Shown: positions 54,477-64,000 of the stretch, in pieces
How the letters are laid out: the number at the start of each line of letters is the position of its first letter
How positions within the stretch are numbered: position 1 is the stretch's first letter
Origin: the human T2T-CHM13v2.0 reference genome, Homo sapiens
DNA: 64,000 nucleotides
Strand: one strand, 5' to 3'
Assembly: GCF_009914755.1 (NCBI RefSeq)
Contig: NC_060938.1
Position numbers and translations under genes: made by a program
Notes under the pieces: model-generated
Seen by the model: the letters and a program-made list of their open reading frames with translations, nothing else
Database searches by the model: none
Told to the model about the DNA's origin: nothing

Positions 54477-55358
54477 CTATTTGCTGAACACCATTACATG
54501 AATAACCTTCAGGTTTTGGTACATTAACCTCATTTACAATTCTGACTTTGAAACCATATAAAGTGTTTCAAAACTAAAGAAAATTAAATTTCTGAAAAAG
54601 CAATCCAGTAAGATGTAAAAACAATGAAATAGACCCAAATTATGTATCTGGTTGGTTACATAACATTATCAAAGAATTGTTTCACATAACTCTAACCTAC
54701 CATGCTTTGAGTCAATATACATAGTAGAATGTATACAAAGAATAAACTAAATCACAAATATAAATTTAAAAATAATCATCTTAACTTTGTAAAAACAAAG
54801 GTATGATAATTTTGAAACTGAGGCACAAGGTACACATAAAATGAGAAGTTAAAACAGACATCTAGTACAACTAATAAAATAAACATGTGGACACTGGATT
54901 CTGGCTTGAATAAACCAAATCATAGGTAGTAAGTACTCTGAGGTGTCATTACATTTTAAAATACAAGAAAATCTAACACTGAGCCAAACTGCAGTCGGCC
55001 CAACGGATGGAGTGAAATCCCAATGGGGAGACAAGCAATCAACACTAGAGGGCTCCTCCAGTCTGCTGTGGGCAGGACACAACCATTTAGGCAACGTTTT
55101 TACATTGTGAAGTGTCATTCCCAGCTCCCCCTACTCACGATTGTAGTAGAGTTGTCCTAGCTCTACTACACAAAATGGTACAATGAAGAATATCCTTTAC
55201 TTAGCCAATTATAACTATAAGCCTAATGTATTTTTATTAGGCTAAACAGTCGCAATATCCAGAATATCTCATGCTGTCAGTTTTACAGACATAAAGACAA
55301 AAAAAAAACGTGAATAGAAAAACTCAGGCCTGAATTACATCATCAATGAAAAAATTCA

Positions 55359-55625
<267 letters not shown>

Positions 55626-57445
55626 TCACAAAGCCGAAAACTGTAAAGCAAAAAAAAGTATACAGGTGAACAGATGCTAAAAACAATATTCCTTGATAAA
55701 ACATTCTCCACTCTCACTCTGAATCACTGTTAACTGCCCAGAGTATTAGGCAACTTAAAGGGACTCACAGCATTAAGTATGTATTTGCTAATAATTTCAG
55801 AGACTCCAGCCTCTGAATATACTCTAGAAAGTCAACTTCTTCCTCTTCCATTCTATTTCAGCAGCACTAAACTCTAAATTCTCAGGAAAAAAAAATTCTC
55901 CCTGGCAGATCATTGGCAATATAATTTCCTTGGACATAATTCCAAGTGGCCCTCCTCTAAGTACTCAAGCAAATTAGATTTGCCTAAATTCTCTGACACC
56001 AGTTTCTGCTGTTTTTCACATTACAGGTCATGCTAACTATTCCCTGCCATCAATAATCTTGATTCACGTTGCTTTTATTGAGTTTCACCGGTTCTGTATA
56101 TATACACACAGCATAGCAAACGTCAAATTCTGTCCCAAGCCATTCATTAGCTAGATTAATATGGATAGCTTACACTTACCCATTAAGTATAATTTTCTTC
56201 AAAAGGCAATAAATAGAATCAATTCATTTACACTGGAAACACCTATTTCCAGATACTTCAATTAATCTGCAGTATGCTTTAGATACATAAGTATCAATAC
56301 CATCTTTTTACAGACTGCAATGACTCGAAGGCTACTTTTTATATAACCTAAAATATAGGACATTTAATAATATCGGATGGTGATGATGATAAAACTAGCC
56401 AGTGGAACACGGCATGAATCAAATTAAAGATTGGGGAATTAAAGAAAAATACACAACTTTCCACGCATTATTTAAAACCAAAAATTATCTGTCTTTATGT
56501 ATGTGATGGAGGCTCAATCCTACCATAACCATATGCAGATTCACAATACCATCTCAGGTCCCGTAAAGCGAAAATGTTTTATTTCATTCTTTTAGCATTT
56601 TGTTTCCTGCCTCTTCCCACTCCAACCCCCAATCTTGAACAAGATTTAAAAACATTCTTAAGATTGATTTCCCCTTCATCCCTTTGAAAGGTACTGATAA
56701 ATCTCAAAAGATTCCAGTATTTGTTATCCTTCCAATCCTCAAGTGAATCATGACAAACTAGTTCTCACGGATGATGTAAAAAAGTCTAATGTATACATAT
56801 ATGTACATAAAAACAGGTAGTTTAACACCATTTCATATATACATGACTCCTATCATTCTGATGCTTAATACAGTCATTTAACAGGCAGTACTGATTTAAA
56901 AGCTCAAACAAAACTTCACTTCCTTCCAAATCTTTCTGAAATTCAAAAGTCTGTCTTTGTTACTTTCTAAAGTATATCTTTACAAAAACTTCTTAATATT
57001 TTAACACTAAGCAATAAAAATTAACAAACAGTAGCCACTGAAATCCACCAACAGCCTTTCAGCTATTAAGTATGCCAGAAAGTCTGAGGACACTAAAAAG
57101 AGGAATTAAAACAAAAATCTGCATTGAGGCCTAACTGGTTTCAGATACTACTGCTGGTTATTAAGATTTCCCATTATTACAAGTGGAGGTATAATCTGGT
57201 TTTAAGCAACTATTTTTCACAAATAGGTTTATCAATAGAAAATATAATCTCCATAGGTTTAATGAGAAGAAATTACCAGGGGTGAGGGGCTCCGTAAGCC
57301 AACACAGAATACTGACCATAAGGGAAAAAACCCATCAAACCACAGTCCAATGTTCCAAATGGACATTTGCAGAAAAATACAGATGTGATTGAAAGGGGTA
57401 CCCTTTGGAATAAGACAGAAATGGATTTAAATGACCATTTTCTCA

Positions 57446-57507
57446 ATTTTCACAAGTCTGAGTACATAGCTAGTATTATTTTCACAAGTCTGAGTACATA
57501 GCTAGTA
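57446..57507 (+). repeat. 32-bp-period tandem duplication
   Basis: attttcacaagtctgagtacatagctagta at 57446 and again at 57478. Confidence 0.95.
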
Positions 57508-59177
57508 CTAATCAAGATGCAAGGAATTCATACCCCACGGCATTTTTCATGTGTATCAGGCCTTAATTCTCTCAAAGATCCACAAAGGAAAAACTCAGTA
57601 GAAAAGCATCCAGGCATACAAGGATGCTAGCAATGGTTGTTATGAGTTTAAGGATATGATTTCTCATTTTCTTTATGGTCTGGTTATTAAATTTGCTACA
57701 AAAATCATCAACTACTTATTTTTAAAATACAAAAATCCCAACTTCCAAAGTTTGCCTAAAATTAATAAAATACCCATACTTACTATGAGGACTTAAATTC
57801 AAGATGGAGGCAACAGTAAAGACAGACGTACTCACAATACGGATTAATTCCACTCTTAGTAACGTGTCCTCCTAAGGAATGAACAGTCACTACAAATTCA
57901 TTCATTTTGGGGATCAAATATTTACTAACCATGTGCTGAGTACCACATTTCAGGGAAAATCCAGGGCACAAATAGTAACAAAGACTGTCCTGAGAGCTTC
58001 CTTAAATTCCAGTGGTATTGCTACTTCAAATTTTATGGAAGAGGTACATTTCCTGAAGTTTTAGAAATAACCAAATGATGTCAAGTCACACTTCATTCTA
58101 CTTCAAAATTTTAAAGTATCATACAGGTGAAATTTCCATAAAGGGAGGACGATACTGTAACACAAAGAAACTACTGGAAAAGAACTGGGATTCTTGGAAG
58201 GGGTCAGCAAGAGCAGAGTAGTTTTTGAATCTCTGACTCCCAAAATAAGACTCAAGATGGCAAAATCACTATCCTACAGACAGCATTTAAATCAAAATTC
58301 CAAAATGCAAGGCAGTAAAGGCAAGCCAGCATATATGGTTTCACTGACTGTGGGAGAAATAAAAGGTAAGCAACTTGGAGAATAATAGACTTAGAAATAC
58401 AAGAATACCAAAATAACCAGCAGTTATTTATTGAAAAGCAACAGGAACGAAATTTTAGAAAAGCAGTTAAAACTTAGAAGTTTCACCTGCTCCAATAGTG
58501 GGTGAGCACAAGGGACTTCAATAAAAATGTGTGAAGGTGCAAGAGCAGTTGCATCCCTGTAAAGTCTCATAAGTAAACAAACCCTATGTGGTTGATTCCA
58601 CTGCCAATCCCCCTTCCTCTCACCAAAAGGTAACAACCATTATGACTTTACTAGCACTTTCTCACTTTTAAAATAATTCTAATGCCTAAATGTATAACTA
58701 TAGACATTCTAGTCTTCCCAGAAAAATAAACGTGATGCATTTGAAGCATTTTTGTAGGTAAGTTCCGCTTCTATTGCATTAGGTTAAAATTTATCTGTTT
58801 AAGAATCCACAGTATTAACTTGTAGTTTCCCAGTCTGTATTTTCCAGGATTGATACTCTCAGAACAATTCCACATATTCTTCTGTAACTCTTGAAAGCAG
58901 CAGCTGGGACCAAGGCTTACTCAGCTTCATCTGCAATATTTTGTCAAGACTACCTCGTCCTACAAGTGGCAATACCTTTTTGTGGTGTTATTGATGCTTA
59001 AACAATACCATTTCTCTCTAGGTAGTATGGTGTGGTTTCTCGAGCACCACTTTTAACATGTTACGCAGACTGTTGTTAGAAATCCTAAGAACAGTCCCTC
59101 AGTTCTTTCATGTAACAGGTTGCCAGCATCCTTTTATAGTAGTACAATAGTTTAGATAAGTAAAACAAACTCCTTGA

Positions 59178-59360
<183 letters not shown>

Positions 59361-60323
59361 TAGCAAAGACCAGGTTTCTCCATGTTGGTCAGGGTGATCT
59401 TGAACTTCTGACCTCAGGTGATCCGCCTGCCTCGGCCTCCCAAAGTGCTGGGATTACAGGTGAAAGCCACTGCACTCGGCCCTGATCCCATTTTCTTGCC
59501 TTGTTACTCCCTTTACATCTGGAAGGTGTAAAAACCACTTGTAGAATGAATAGGTCTACTTTTGCTTTTTGCCTCATACAGATCTAAATTACTTGGTCAT
59601 ATTCTATATGAATTTTTATAACCGAGTTCTAACAACTAACAACCCAATAGTAATAAATGTCCAGCAATAATAGTCTTTTAAAAATACAACTTCAAGTGAT
59701 GTGCAAATTATAATTTGAGTCAAAAAAATAGTATCTGAAAACGTACAATACATAGGAGACATAAATGAACTACATAAAAATCATTTAAGAACGGACAGTA
59801 CAGAAACACATCAAAATATCTTAAAATGTTCTGTGGGTACTCTGCTTGTGATTAATCTTTACAATCATTTTCACAGTTTCTCTGTATTTCCCAAATTCAC
59901 TACAATGTACATACAAGCTTGGGATTTCTGTAGGAAAAACTCATTTAAGCCAAACAAATATTCCTTAAAACAGAAAATCCATTTGGTAGAAATTTTAAAA
60001 GGTTAATCACATTAGTAATAATAGTCCAAGTCTTAATGCACCTGTATATACTCAAATATTTTGAGGTCAATGCCCCTCATCATCATATTTCCCCTCTTCT
60101 AGTTGAAGGGGTCTAGAATTTTTCTTTTTTTAATGCAAGCTAACCCAGGGATCCTACTCTATCACCATTTACTAGTATGTAATAGTCGAATAATGCTGTT
60201 AGATAATAAAATGGCACTAATTTACATGAACTAGATTTAACATTAAGAAATCTGGGGCTGGGTGCAGTGGCTCACACCTGTAATCCCAGCTCTTTGGGAG
60301 ACTGAGGCAGGCAGTTCACATCA

Positions 60324-60593
<270 letters not shown>

Positions 60594-60947
60594 TTAAATA
60601 CTTCAAAAGTGAAGCAGTAGTTTAGTCACATTTCCAGCCAGGCACTTTGGGAGGCCGAGGCAGGTGGATCATGAGGTCAGAACGAGACAGTATCCTAGCT
60701 AACATGGTGAAACACCATCTGTACTAAAAATATGAAAATAATTAGCGGGGTATGGTGGCACACACCTGTAGTCCCAGCTATTCGGGAGGCTGAGGCAGGA
60801 AAAATGCTTGAACCTTGGAGGCAGAGGTGCAGTCAGCGGAGATAGCGCCACTGCACTCCAGTCTGGGTGACAGAGTGAGATTCTACCTCAAAAAAAAAAT
60901 GTCCTCAACAAATGAGAACCTTAGGTGCTATTTCTTTCTTAAACTCA

Positions 60948-61322
<375 letters not shown>

Positions 61323-62288
61323 TTAGCACTCAAATTTCTATTACACACATGGACAAATGCGTTTGTATATTATATACTATAATTTCATTACAGGTTCTTA
61401 TTCCTGTTTTTAATCAAAGGATCACAAAAGACCTGTTTTACCTAGAAAACAAGTCAAAACCAGGAATACTAAGTTATTTCTAATGCCCAAAAATCTGTGT
61501 TTTTGTCTGATATGCTTGTCTGTTTTATCATATGCTCTATCCTGAAGCAATAAAAGCGATACAAGATTTTAATAGTAGTGGGAAGGACAAGAAATTTCCT
61601 GAATATAGAAATTTGCCTCTACTCGCACTCTCACCATCCCAGCCACAGCTTAAAAGCAAAAAATAAGTAAAAACTCTATCTAGTTGGGATATAGCCAAAC
61701 TGTAAATTTTATTTCCAACTGTTCATTGTAAGTGTGAGGTGCTATCATGCCTCTTCACCCTTTTAATGGAGGGAAACCAATCTTGGATTGTCAATCTAGC
61801 TAAAATTTTGAAAATATATTTATAAAAATACTTCATTACCATTACATTAACTTTAAATCTCAAGTAATTCAATTCTACTTGGAAAAGGTACGGCAGTTTG
61901 CATTATCTGAAGATTTTTTACATAAATAAAGTTCAAGTGGTCCACAAACAGGTTGTGAGAGCCCTGGAATTTGCTGAGAGCTGAGCCAAAATGAATTTGA
62001 ACATGGAGTCAAGACTTCAGCTTCCTTTTTTATCTGGGCACTGTATGCCAGCTTTGATAGAGTTCAGGTCACAGGAGATAGGTGCCGTTCAACCCAACTG
62101 TTTTCAGTATATCTTGGCTTATTTAGTGCAAAAGTATACAAGTTAAACAAAGTACAAGATGTTTCTACTGGGCATTTATTTCAGCAAGCCCTGGCCACCT
62201 CTCCACATGGGTTAATCACATTATACTTAAAACACATTATCCAATGGTCCAGGAGAAAAAAATTAAACATGCTGTCACTTTCACTTAC

Positions 62289-62304
62289 CAGACATTATCT
62301 CACA
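62289..62304 (-). other. candidate 16-nt 5'UTR micro-exon containing an AUG
   Basis: Minus strand: tattttcctttgtctctag|TGTGAGATAATGTCTG|gtaagtga. Confidence 0.45.
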
Positions 62305-64000
62305 CTAGAGACAAAGGAAAATATATATTACCTCAGATTTGGAAATTCAAAACCCTGCCTTACAATTTCCTTTATTACTGTATCTTAAAACCTCAACTAG
62401 GCCAGGTGCGAAGGCTCACGCCTGTAATCCCAGCACTCTGGGAGGCCGAGGTGGGTAGATCATGAGGTCACGAGTTCAAAACCAGCCTGGCCAACGTGGT
62501 GAAACCCTGTCTCTACTAAAGACAAAAATTGGTGGTGGCAGGCGTCTGTAATCCCAGCTACTCGGGGGGCTGAGGCAAAGAACTGCCTGAACCCAGGAGG
62601 CGGAGGTTGTAGTAAGCCGAGATTGCACCCCTGCACTCCAGCCTGGGAACAGAGCAAGACTATGTCTCAAAAAAAAAAAAAAAAAAAACCACAACCATAA
62701 CAACAAAAAAACCTAAAGTAGCCCCTGCATTCAATTCAAATTAAATGCCAATTCTATATACTAAATATGCTATATATGTAAAATTTCCCTTCTTTGCAGA
62801 ATTTCAAAGACAAAAGTGACACTAGATGGCAGCAATGAGTTGTCAATTTTCTAAAAGGTTTACTAAATTTTCTGTATTCCAAAGTTTTCAGTCATTCACA
62901 ATTTCTTAAGTTTCTGAATACTCTTTGGATACTATAAATTCCTCTGCATACTTGGATGATCTTCATTTGATCTAAGTTGTTGAACACACTTCAAGTCTTA
63001 TTTTGCCTATTTAGGTCCGGCTACCCTATCCCACATTACTCTCTATCTGGTCACCATTTTTGTACCCTGCTTCCTATGGATCTTATTGCTTTCAACTACT
63101 TCCCTCTGGCCTCTTCAGAGGCCAACAATGCCTGGAAAAATATGTGCATTTTAATTTGCTGAACTGCCAAGAATCATTAGCTCATTTAATCAAAAACAGT
63201 ATCTCAAGGTAAATACTGTGAGAGTAATCTCTGAGAAAACAGTAATACCTGGGGATATTACTAAGACATTTTCAGCCTATGAAGAAACAAAGTTGGCTAC
63301 TTTTAGAACACATTATGTTAACTGCTATGTTTAAGTATTAGAACTAAGAATACCTAAGACCTTGTACATCATGGTGGGAAAATGAATAATTCAATACATG
63401 GTACTACTAGGTAGCCATCTTTTTCAAAAATTGGAACCAACCTCACTCTAAATCCTAATATAAATACAAATCGTGTAAAACTGCACACGCAAAGGTCAAA
63501 ACCCAAATGAAATAAAACAACTCTCAAAAGGAAGAGTAACAAAATTTAAAAATGGCAGGAAATCCAAACAAATGGATCATAAATATAATCATATATAATA
63601 ATAATAAGGTGTGGGGCCAGGCAAGGTGGCTCACGCCTGTAATCCCAGCACTTTGGGAGGCCAAGGCAGGAAGATCACGAGGTCAAGAGGTGGAGACCAA
63701 ACTGGTCAACATAGTGAAACCCCATCTCTACAAAAAATACTAAAAATTAGCTGGGCGTGATGTCAAGCGCCTATAATTCCAGCTACTCTGGAGACTGAGC
63801 TAGAAGAATCGCTTGAACCCAAGACGCGGAGGTTGCAGTGAGCCTAGATCGTGCCACTGCACTCCTGTCTGGTCGTCAGTGCAAGACTCCGTCTCAAAAA
63901 GATGTTAAGACACATTATTTAAAATTTATTTACATTGGTGAGGACTTAACACCAATTTAACATATGAGAGTACTGTCGATGTATGCTAAAAGCGCCAGGT

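Overview
Primate (human-like) genomic DNA. The right half (about 30.8-64 kb) holds the complete coding part of HNRNPC on the minus strand: seven coding exons, all with GT-AG boundaries, joining to 921 nt = 306 aa (hnRNP C2), or 293 aa (C1) via an alternative donor 39 nt upstream, plus a 3'UTR with several poly(A) signals. The promoter and first non-coding exons lie beyond the right edge. The left half is a nested stack of L1, Alu, LTR and SVA elements. Nearly all other ORFs in the track are repeat-derived artefacts. Most notable observations: (1) a perfect, non-Alu 43-bp inverted repeat pairing the start of the HNRNPC 3'UTR with the intron about 2 kb upstream; (2) a candidate 16-nt AUG-containing 5'UTR micro-exon that would create an overlapping out-of-frame uORF; (3) a chimeric retroposon of a MYNN mRNA fragment fused to an L1 3' end inside one target-site duplication; (4) an SVA carrying about 290 bp of foreign CpG-rich 5' sequence inside its TSD; (5) a 270-bp unique-sequence intronic duplication. 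Repeat subfamily names and repeat boundaries are from visual recognition and are approximate.
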